Of a stretch of 32,000 bases of DNA, positions 1 through 7,507 are shown one piece after another (position 1 is the stretch's first letter; the number at the start of each line of letters is the position of its first letter). Position numbers and translations under genes: made by a program. Source of the DNA: Sphingomonadales bacterium (GTDB lineage: Bacteria; Pseudomonadota; Alphaproteobacteria; Sphingomonadales; Sphingomonadaceae); assembly GCA_038229555.1 (NCBI GenBank), contig JBBROI010000001.1, forward strand, positions 253,678-285,677, in the 5' to 3' direction. Under the pieces are notes generated by a model. That model had not been told where the DNA came from and ran no database searches. It saw nothing but the letters and a program-made list of their open reading frames with translations.

Positions 1-109
1 CGCCGTCATCGGCGCGTCATACCCCCGTCGCCCAATCGCCACGCCCGCGCCATCCCGCTGACGCGCAACATGCTTAACGCTCCGTGTGGTTCAACACAGG
101 GGAGCAACC

Positions 110-1300
110 ATGCGCATCTTTACCAGCCTTATCGCCATCGCTGCAGCACTTGCCGCGACGGCCGCCACCGCCGCCGCGCCGCAGCTGCGCTACATCGGCC
201 AGCAGACTCTGCCGACCGCGACGTTCTTTGACGGCACCCAGGTCGGCGGCCTGTCGGGCATCGATTTCATCGGCGGCAACAGCTTTATCGCCAACAGCGA
301 CGACCGCAGCCAGTTCGGCAATGCGCGGTTCTACACCGTCGACCTGACGCTTTCGTCGACCGCGTTCAGCGGCGTCGCCTTCACCAAAGTCACAGATTTC
401 AAGACGCCATCGGGAACGCCGTACGCGGCGCTGCAGATCGATCCCGAATCGATACGGCGTCTGCCCAACGGCAACTACATCTACACATCGGAAGGCGATA
501 CCAACCGCAACATCGCGGCCTTTATCCGTGAAGCGCTGCCCGATGGCACCTATGTCCGCGATCTGACCCTGCCGGCGGGCTATCAGCAGACGGGTCCCGC
601 GGGTACCACGGGCATCCGCAACAACCTCGCCTTTGAAAGCGTCACCGTATCGACGAACGGCAAGACGATCACCAGCGCGACCGAAAACGCCTTGCGCCAG
701 GACGGCCCGGCGTCGGCGTTCGGCGTTGCCTCGCCCAGCCGCATCGTGACCTTCGACAACGCCAGCGGAGCGCCCGGCGCGCAATATGTCTATAATGTCA
801 ACGCGGTTGCCAATCCGACGGTACCCGCGGGCGGTTTCGCCACCAATGGCCTTGTCGAAATGCTCGATGTTGGTCATGGCCAGTATCTGGCGGTCGAACG
901 CAGCTTCGTCAGCGGCTATGTCACGCCGTTTTCGACGACCGGCAACAGCATTCAAATCTACCTGATCGACACCAGCGGCGCGACCGACGTGTCGGGTTTT
1001 GCCTCGCTCGTCGGCCAGAATTACACCGCCGTCAGCAAGACGTTGGTGTTCGATCTCGACAGCCTGAATATCCCGCTCGACAATATCGAGGGCATCACCT
1101 TCGGCCCGACGCTGGAGAACGGCCGCCGCAGCCTGATTCTGGTGTCGGACAACAATTTCTCGCCGACGCAGTTCACCCAGTTCATCGCGTTCGAAGTGGC
1201 GGGCGTTCCCGAAGCCGCAACCTGGGCGATGCTGATTGCCGGGTTCGGCCTGACCGGCGCGACGCTGCGCCGTCGTCGCGCGGTTGCCGCCACCGTCTGA
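110..1300 (+). CDS. Secreted phytase-like/esterase-like (PF13449-type) protein with PEP-CTERM-like sorting tail
   Basis: Frame of ORF 86..1300, with the more likely ATG at 110 preceded by GGGGAG. N-terminal signal peptide (MRIFTSLIAIAAALAATAATAAA). Body RYIGQQTLPTATFFDGTQVGGLSGIDF...LQIDPESIRRLPNGNYIYTSEGD is typical of phytase-like esterases. Tail VPEAATWAMLIAGFGLTGATLRRRR resembles PEP-CTERM. Confidence 0.85.
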   Translation: MRIFTSLIAIAAALAATAATAAAPQLRYIGQQTLPTATFFDGTQVGGLSGIDFIGGNSFIANSDDRSQFGNARFYTVDLTLSSTAFSGVAFTKVTDFKTPSGTPYAALQIDPESIRRLPNGNYIYTSEGDTNRNIAAFIREALPDGTYVRDLTLPAGYQQTGPAGTTGIRNNLAFESVTVSTNGKTITSATENALRQDGPASAFGVASPSRIVTFDNASGAPGAQYVYNVNAVANPTVPAGGFATNGLVEMLDVGHGQYLAVERSFVSGYVTPFSTTGNSIQIYLIDTSGATDVSGFASLVGQNYTAVSKTLVFDLDSLNIPLDNIEGITFGPTLENGRRSLILVSDNNFSPTQFTQFIAFEVAGVPEAATWAMLIAGFGLTGATLRRRRAVAATV

Positions 1301-1362
1301 ACGCCGGACCGACGCAAAGTCCGTTGACCCGGGCGCACCCGCGTGGCAATTCGCAGCGCCAC

Positions 1363-1436
1363 GCGGGTGTAGCTCAATGGTAGAGCTTTTGCTTCCCAAG
1401 CAAGTGACGAGGGTTCGATTCCCTTCACCCGCTCCA
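1363..1436 (+). tRNA. tRNA-Gly (anticodon CCC), CCA end encoded
   Basis: Manual cloverleaf: acceptor GCGGGTG/CACCCGC, D-arm GCTC..GAGC, anticodon arm TTTGC-TTCCCAA-GCAAG with anticodon CCC, T-arm GAGGG-TTCGATT-CCCTT, discriminator T plus CCA. Confidence 0.95.
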
Positions 1437-1511
1437 GCCGCACTTGCTCCAAGCCCGTAACCTGCGCTCAGGCTGAGCTCGTCGACGGCGGCGAAGAGCG
1501 GAGGCACGGGT

Positions 1512-2150
1512 GTGAAGGCGCTGGTTCTGACGGTGTTGCTCGCGCTGGCGCAGCCGGTTGCCGCCACCGATCGCGATCCGTTTGGCGAGATTGAGGCCGG
1601 ATGGGCGGCAGCGCGCTTTGCCACCGACAGCGCGACGCAGGTGCCGCAAATCGACCGGCTGATCGCCCGTACCGAAGCGCTGGCGGCGCAACAACCGCGC
1701 CGCGCCGCACCGCTGGTCTGGCGCGGGGTGCTGCTGGCGACCAAGGCGAGCATCGTGCGCGGGCTGTCGGGTTTTTCACTGGTGCGGCAGGCGCGCGATC
1801 AGTTGGAAACTGCCGAACGCATCGATCCGCTGGCAGAAAACGGGCTGGGGCTGATGCAGCTCGGCATCATCTATGGCGCGGTGCCGGGGCCGCCGCTGGC
1901 CTTTGGCGACCGCAAGAAGGCGCGCAGCTATTTCGAGCGCGCTGTTGCTGCCGATCCGGCAGGACTGGCGGCCAATTTGGCGTTTGCCGATTTTCTGGTG
2001 AAGGGCGGGCGTTTTGCCGAGGCCGAGCCGCTACTGCTGACGGCGTTGCGTGCGGCCCCGCGCCCCGATCAGCCGGTTGCCGATGCGGGCCGCCGCGCCG
2101 AGGCGATGGCACTGCTGCGCTTGACCCGCACCCGGCTGGGGCGTGGATGA
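1512..2150 (+). CDS. Exported tetratricopeptide-repeat protein, first gene of the hopanoid operon
   Basis: GTG start, signal peptide MKALVLTVLLALAQPVAA, TPR-like helices (KKARSYFERAVAADPAGLAANLAFADFLVKGGRFAEAEPLLLTAL). The stop overlaps the hpnA start (ATGA at 2147-2150). Confidence 0.75.
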   Translation: MKALVLTVLLALAQPVAATDRDPFGEIEAGWAAARFATDSATQVPQIDRLIARTEALAAQQPRRAAPLVWRGVLLATKASIVRGLSGFSLVRQARDQLETAERIDPLAENGLGLMQLGIIYGAVPGPPLAFGDRKKARSYFERAVAADPAGLAANLAFADFLVKGGRFAEAEPLLLTALRAAPRPDQPVADAGRRAEAMALLRLTRTRLGRG

Positions 2151-3133
2151 CGGCGCTGGTTACCGGCGCATCGGGGTTCGTTGGCTCGGCCGTCGTGCGC
2201 GCACTGCTCACCGCTGGAACGCCGGTACGCGCGCTGGTGCGCGTCAGTAGCCCGCGCGGCAATCTGACCGGGCTGGACTGCACCATCGTCGAGGGCGACC
2301 TGACCGACGCCGTGTCGATTACGGCGGCGATGGCGGGGGTCGATACGCTGTTCCATGTCGCTGCCGACTATCGGCTCTGGGCGCCTGACCCGCGCGCCAT
2401 CGAACGCACCAATGTCGAGGGCACGCGGATTGTTATGACGGCGGCGCGTGCTGCCGGGGTGCGGCGGATCGTCCACACCAGCAGCGTCGCGACCTTGCGC
2501 CCGCGCGCCGATGGTGCAGCGGTCGACGAAACCGCGACGCTGACGCCCGATGCTGCCATCGGCATGTACAAACGCAGCAAGGTGCTGGCTGAGCGGCTGG
2601 TCGAGGCGATGGCGGCGGATGGCCTGCCGGTGGTCATCGTCAACCCTTCGACGCCTATCGGCCCGCGCGATATCCGCCCGACGCCAACAGGGCGAATCAT
2701 CGTCGATGGTGCACTGGGGCGAATTCCGGCGTTCGTCGCGACCGGGCTGAACCTCGTCCATGTCGACGATGTGGCGGCCGGGCATCTGCTTGCGGCGGCA
2801 AAGGGGCGGGTGGGGGAGCGCTATATTCTCGGGGGGCAGGACGTCAGTCTGCAGACGCTGCTCGGCGATATCGCGCAGCGGAGCGGGCGCAAGCCGCCGC
2901 GTATCCGCCTGCCGCGCGCGCCGCTGTACCCGCTGGCATGGGGCGCGGAGGCGGTGGCACGCTGGACCGGGCGCGAACCGATGCTGACCGCCGACGGCCT
3001 GACGATGGCCAAGGCGCAGATGTTCTTCACTTCGGCCAAGGCGGAGCGCGAACTCGGCTACACCGCGCGGCCCTATGCGGCGGCGCTCGATGAGGCGTTG
3101 GCGTGGTTCCGCGCGGCGGGATATTTGGGATGA
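2147..3133 (+). CDS. hpnA: Hopanoid-associated sugar epimerase HpnA (NAD-dependent epimerase/dehydratase)
   Basis: MTALVTGASGFVGSAVVRALL Rossmann motif, VDTLFHVAADYRLWAPDP, YKRSKVLAE; operon context with hpnB-E. Confidence 0.92.
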   Translation: MTALVTGASGFVGSAVVRALLTAGTPVRALVRVSSPRGNLTGLDCTIVEGDLTDAVSITAAMAGVDTLFHVAADYRLWAPDPRAIERTNVEGTRIVMTAARAAGVRRIVHTSSVATLRPRADGAAVDETATLTPDAAIGMYKRSKVLAERLVEAMAADGLPVVIVNPSTPIGPRDIRPTPTGRIIVDGALGRIPAFVATGLNLVHVDDVAAGHLLAAAKGRVGERYILGGQDVSLQTLLGDIAQRSGRKPPRIRLPRAPLYPLAWGAEAVARWTGREPMLTADGLTMAKAQMFFTSAKAERELGYTARPYAAALDEALAWFRAAGYLG

Positions 3134-4266
3134 GGGACCTTGGTGCAGACCTCATCGGCGTAATCGCGTTTCTCATTTGGGTGCTGCTCGTTCAATTCCG
3201 TTCAGAATACTGGCGGTTCGATGCGCGCGATACCGACCTGCTGCCCGAGCCAGTGGTCTGGCCATCGGTCGTGGCCGTGATTCCGGCGCGCAACGAGGCC
3301 GATGTCATCGCCCAATCGCTCGGCAGCGTGCTGGCGCAGGATTATCCGGGCGATTTCCGGGTCATTCTTGTCGATGATCAGAGCAACGACGGCACCGGCG
3401 TCACGGCGCGCGGGCTGACGAGCGACCGGCTGACGGTGCTGACCGGCTCGCCGCGCCCGGCGGGTTGGACGGGCAAGCTCTGGGCGCTCGAACAGGGCGT
3501 CGCGGTGGCGGGCAGCCCTGAGTTCCTGTGGCTCACCGACGCCGACATCGGCCATACGCCCGATAATTTACGGCAGCTGGTGGCGCGTGCTGCGGCGGGC
3601 AATCTCGTGCAAGTCAGCCTGATGGCACGGCTGCACTGCGCCACTTTCGCCGAACGCGCGCTGATCCCGGCGTTCGTCTATTTCTTCGCTATGCTGTACC
3701 CGTTCGAGCGGGTGAACAACCCCGCCAACCCGATGGCGGCGGCGGCGGGGGGATGTGTTCTGGTTCGCCGCGACACGCTCGCGGCTGCCGGCGGCATCGC
3801 CAGCGTGCGGGGGCAGATCATCGACGATTGCAGCCTCGCCAAGCGCATCAAACCGCACGGGCCGATCTGGCTTGGCCTCACCGACCGCGCTGTCAGCCTG
3901 CGGCCGTACAGCTTTGCCGATATTCGCAAGATGGTGGCGCGCTCGGCCTATGCGCAGCTTGGGTTTTCGCCGCCAGCTTTGCTCGGAACGCTGGTCGGCA
4001 TGGCGCTGATCTACGCGGCCCCGCCGTTGCTGGGAATTTTCGGCACTGGTGAGGCACGGCGGTTTGGCCTGATGGCATGGTCTTTGATGGCCGGAAGCTA
4101 TTGGCCAATCCTCACCTTCTATCGCGTGTCGCGCCTGCGCATCGTGACCCTGCCGCTGATCGCCCTCACCTACATGCTCTTCACCATCGACAGCGCGGTC
4201 CAGCATTGGCGCGGGCGGGGCGGGATGTGGAAGGGGCGGGCGCAGGCGCTGGGGCGCACCGCGTGA
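3130..4266 (+). CDS. hpnB: Hopanoid-associated glycosyltransferase HpnB (GT2-like)
   Basis: VVAVIPARNEADVIAQSLGSVLAQDYPGDFRVILVDDQSNDGTG; start overlaps the hpnA stop (ATGA); C-terminal membrane segments. Confidence 0.92.
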   Translation: MRDLGADLIGVIAFLIWVLLVQFRSEYWRFDARDTDLLPEPVVWPSVVAVIPARNEADVIAQSLGSVLAQDYPGDFRVILVDDQSNDGTGVTARGLTSDRLTVLTGSPRPAGWTGKLWALEQGVAVAGSPEFLWLTDADIGHTPDNLRQLVARAAAGNLVQVSLMARLHCATFAERALIPAFVYFFAMLYPFERVNNPANPMAAAAGGCVLVRRDTLAAAGGIASVRGQIIDDCSLAKRIKPHGPIWLGLTDRAVSLRPYSFADIRKMVARSAYAQLGFSPPALLGTLVGMALIYAAPPLLGIFGTGEARRFGLMAWSLMAGSYWPILTFYRVSRLRIVTLPLIALTYMLFTIDSAVQHWRGRGGMWKGRAQALGRTA

Positions 4267-4282
4267 GCGGCGAGTATAGCGC

Positions 4283-5164
4283 ATGAGCGGCGGGCGCAGC
4301 GGTGCGGCCGCCAAGGACGCCAACAACGAGAATTTTCCCGTCGGCTCGCGGCTGATCGCGGCAAGGCATCGCCCGGCGGTGATGGCCTATTATCGCTTCG
4401 CCCGCGCCGCCGATGATATCGCCGACGATGGTGCCGCGCCGCGCGATGACCGGCTGGCACGCCTCGATGCGATGGGTGCGGGTTTGGCGGCGGGGCTGGC
4501 GGGAGACCGCGACCCCGGCATCGCGCCGACGCTCGGGCGCGTCATGGCGGCGCGCGGGCTCGATCCGGCCAATGCGTCGGATCTGCTCACCGCCTTCCGC
4601 CGCGATGTCGCACAGGACCGCTACGCTGATTGGGCGGCGGTGATCGACTATTGCCGCTGGTCGGCGATGCCGGTCGGACGCTTCATGCTCGATGTGCACG
4701 GCGAGGCGGCGGCACTGCGCCCGATGTCCGACGCGTTGTGTGCGGCACTGCAAGTGATCAACCATCTCCAGGACGCCCGCGCGGATTACCGCGAACTGGG
4801 CCGCGTCTATGTTCCCGCCGATGCGCTGGCGGCGGCGGGGCTTGATGCGGCGGCGCTAGGGGCCGATCCGTCGCCGCCGGCGCTGGCCGAGGTGATACGC
4901 AACCTTGCCGCGCGGGTCGAACCGCTGCTCGCCGAAGCATCGGGGTTCGCGCGCGGCATCAGATCGACCGGGCTGGCGTGCGAGGTCGCGGTCATCCACG
5001 GTCTCGCGGTCGATCTGACGGCACGGCTGCAACGCGACCCGCTCGGCGTATCGCGACACCACCGCAAATCGGAAGCGGCGTTGCTCGCCATGCGCGCGCT
5101 CGGCGCTTTCGCATGGCGACGTTTTGGGTTACGCGCTGGAACTCGTTCCGGTGAGGCTCCATGA
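4283..5164 (+). CDS. hpnC: Squalene synthase HpnC (hydroxysqualene synthase)
   Basis: NENFPVGSRLIAARHRPAVMAYYRFARAADDIADD aspartate-rich prenyl synthase motif; adjacent to hpnD. Confidence 0.93.
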   Translation: MSGGRSGAAAKDANNENFPVGSRLIAARHRPAVMAYYRFARAADDIADDGAAPRDDRLARLDAMGAGLAAGLAGDRDPGIAPTLGRVMAARGLDPANASDLLTAFRRDVAQDRYADWAAVIDYCRWSAMPVGRFMLDVHGEAAALRPMSDALCAALQVINHLQDARADYRELGRVYVPADALAAAGLDAAALGADPSPPALAEVIRNLAARVEPLLAEASGFARGIRSTGLACEVAVIHGLAVDLTARLQRDPLGVSRHHRKSEAALLAMRALGAFAWRRFGLRAGTRSGEAP

Positions 5165-6012
5165 TGTCGCTCGCAGTCGATCAGGCCCCGCTGGCAGCCG
5201 TCGAAGCCAAGGCATCCGGCAGTTCATTCTATGCCGCGATGCGACTGATGCCCAAGGCAGCGCGCCGCGCGATGTTCGCCATCTATGCGTTCTGCCGGAT
5301 CGTCGACGATATCGCCGATGCCGACGACCGCCCCGCGCCCGAACGCCGCGCTGCTTTGGAAGGCTGGGCGACCGATCTTCACGCCTTTTACGCCGGGGCG
5401 CGCCCGAAGCGGCTGGGCTTTCTGACCGAAGCCATCGAGCGGTTCGGCTTGAAGAAAGAGGATTTTCTCGCGGTCATCGATGGCATGCTGATGGATGTCG
5501 ATACGACGATCGTCGCGCCGTCGCGCGCGGTGCTCGATCTGTATGTCGACCGCGTCGCCTGTGCGGTCGGGCGGCTGTCGGTCCACACGTTCGGGATGAC
5601 GCAGGCGACGGGGCTGGAGGTTGCGCATCAGCTTGGCACCGCGCTGCAACTGACCAACATCATCCGCGATATCGATGAGGATGCCGGAATCGGGCGGCTG
5701 TATCTGCCCGCCGAAAGTCTTGCCGCCGCGGGCATTACGATGCGTGATCCGCACGCGGTTATCGCCGACCCGCGCGTCGATACGGTGTGCCGCGAATTGG
5801 CCGCGACAGCGCAGGCGCACTTCGATGCGGCGCGGACGATCATGCGCGAACGCCCGTCGGGGCGGCAGCGGACGCCGCGTCTGATGGCGGAGGTCTATGC
5901 GCATCTGCTCGGGCGGATGAGCGCGCAAGGCTGGGTCGCGCCGCGTCGTCGCGCCAAAATCGGCAAGCGGCACTTGCTCTGGCTGGTCGTGCGTTACGGG
6001 CTGGTGGGTTGA
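5161..6012 (+). CDS. hpnD: Presqualene diphosphate synthase HpnD
   Basis: SSFYAAMRLMPKAARRAMFAIYAFCRIVDDIADADD and LTNIIRDIDEDAGIGRLYLP; overlaps hpnC by ATGA. Confidence 0.93.
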   Translation: MMSLAVDQAPLAAVEAKASGSSFYAAMRLMPKAARRAMFAIYAFCRIVDDIADADDRPAPERRAALEGWATDLHAFYAGARPKRLGFLTEAIERFGLKKEDFLAVIDGMLMDVDTTIVAPSRAVLDLYVDRVACAVGRLSVHTFGMTQATGLEVAHQLGTALQLTNIIRDIDEDAGIGRLYLPAESLAAAGITMRDPHAVIADPRVDTVCRELAATAQAHFDAARTIMRERPSGRQRTPRLMAEVYAHLLGRMSAQGWVAPRRRAKIGKRHLLWLVVRYGLVG

Positions 6013-7259
6013 CGCGCAGCACGGTTTACATTGCCGGGGCAGGGATGGCGGGGCTGGCGGCGGCCGTTCGCCTGTCGGCGGCGGGCGCGCGCGTTGCGCT
6101 GTTCGATGCAGCGGCGCAGGCGGGCGGGCGCTGCCGGTCGTATTTCGATGCGCAACTCGGGCTGACCATCGACAATGGCAACCATCTCGTGTTGTCGGGC
6201 AACCGCGCCGTGGCGGACTATCTCTCCGAAACCGGAGCGAGCGAGGCATTGGCAGGGCCGGACAGCGCCGATTTCCATTTCATCGATCTGACGACTCGCG
6301 AGCGCTGGACGATACGCCCCAACGCCGGTCGCCTGCCGTGGTGGGTAATGGCGCCGTCACGGCGCGTGCCGGGAACGCGCGCCGCCGATTATCTGGCGCT
6401 GGCGCGGCTGTTGCGGCGACAACCGGGACGCACGCTCGCCGAAGTGCTGCCCGAACGCGGCGCACTGTGGCACCGCCTGCTCGATCCGTTCTTCGTCTCG
6501 GCGCTCAACACGCCGACCGCCGATGCCAGCGCCGATCTGGCGGGCGCGGTGGTGCGCGAATCGCTCGCCGCCGGAGGCGACGCCTGCCGCCCGCGCATTG
6601 CCCATCCGTCGCTTGCGGCCGCGTTTGTCGATCCGGCGCTGGCACGGCTGCGCGAAACCGGTGCCGACGTCACGCTCAGCCGGCGTTTGCGCGCCATCGA
6701 GCATGATGATGCGCGGGCGGCATCACTGGATTTCGGCGAAACGCGCATCGAATTGGGCGAAGACGACCGGGTCGTGCTTGCAGTTCCGCCATGGGTCGCT
6801 GCCGATCTGCTGCCGGGGTTGGTGGTTCCCGATCGCTTTCACGCCATCGTCAATGGCCATTTCCGCGTCGCGCCGCCGCCGGGCACGCCGTTGATGACCG
6901 GGGTGATCGGCGGTACCGCCGAATGGATTTTCGCCTTTCCCGACCGGATTTCGGTAACGGTCAGCGCTGCCGATGGCCTTGCCGAGGAAGACCGGGCGAC
7001 ATTGGCGGCGCGGTTGTGGGACGATGTTGCGGCAGCGCTGGGGCTGCCCGAAACGCTGCCGCCATGGCAGATCGTCAAGGAACGCCGCGCGACGTTTGCG
7101 GCGACCCCGGCGCAGGATGCGCGGCGTCCGGGCCCGCACACGCGCTGGCGTAACCTCGTTTTGGCGGGTGATTGGACGCAAACCGGGCTGCCTGCGACGA
7201 TAGAGGGTGCAATTCGCAGTGGAAATCGCGCTGCGGCGACAGTTTTGGCGACGACGTGA
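6009..7259 (+). CDS. hpnE: Hydroxysqualene dehydroxylase HpnE (FAD-dependent)
   Basis: STVYIAGAGMAGLAAAVRLSAAGARVALFDAAAQAGGRCRSYFD dinucleotide-binding motif. Likely TTG start at 6009 overlapping the hpnD stop (TTGA); the longer ORF 5787..7259 only reads back into hpnD. Confidence 0.88.
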   Translation: MTRSTVYIAGAGMAGLAAAVRLSAAGARVALFDAAAQAGGRCRSYFDAQLGLTIDNGNHLVLSGNRAVADYLSETGASEALAGPDSADFHFIDLTTRERWTIRPNAGRLPWWVMAPSRRVPGTRAADYLALARLLRRQPGRTLAEVLPERGALWHRLLDPFFVSALNTPTADASADLAGAVVRESLAAGGDACRPRIAHPSLAAAFVDPALARLRETGADVTLSRRLRAIEHDDARAASLDFGETRIELGEDDRVVLAVPPWVAADLLPGLVVPDRFHAIVNGHFRVAPPPGTPLMTGVIGGTAEWIFAFPDRISVTVSAADGLAEEDRATLAARLWDDVAAALGLPETLPPWQIVKERRATFAATPAQDARRPGPHTRWRNLVLAGDWTQTGLPATIEGAIRSGNRAAATVLATT

Positions 7260-7270
7260 CGCTTTTACCT

Positions 7271-7353
7271 GTCATCCCGGGCTTGACCCGGGACCCAGTT
7301 CCTTCGGCGCTTCGGGCAAAGACAACTGGGTCCCGGGTCAAGCCCGGGATGAC
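7271..7353. repeat. Large inverted-repeat element A, possible terminator between hpnE and shc
   Basis: Perfect 30-bp arms GTCATCCCGGGCTTGACCCGGGACCCAGTT (7271-7300) and AACTGGGTCCCGGGTCAAGCCCGGGATGAC (7324-7353), 23-nt loop, followed by a T-tract (ATTGCTTTTTTAAG). Confidence 0.93.
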
Positions 7354-7507
7354 ATTGCTTTTTTAAGATCAGTTTTGATGAGCGGCGATGGCTGCGACCT
7401 CTACATTTGACCCATTTAGTCATATAGGTTAGCACATTCGGGAGCCGCCGGGGGGATGGTTCGTGCCCCCACCCCTGACAAGTCTGACCGCGTGACCCGG
7501 AGCAAGT

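Noticed and set aside
74-1753. 559-aa minus-strand ORF spanning the first CDS, the tRNA and the start of the TPR gene
   Set aside because: It reads through a tRNA gene and opposes a protein with a signal peptide and PEP-CTERM tail; an artefact of high GC content.
1601-2146. N-terminal extension of the hpnA ORF
   Set aside because: It overlaps the TPR gene in another frame; the Rossmann motif starts at the ATG at 2147.
5787-6008. N-terminal extension of the hpnE ORF
   Set aside because: It is out-of-frame hpnD sequence. The FAD-binding motif begins just after the TTG at 6009.
7271-7353. Element A as an IS/MITE with target duplication
   Set aside because: No flanking direct repeat of convincing length is visible and the arms meet across a short loop. 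A REP-like palindrome is the simpler explanation.
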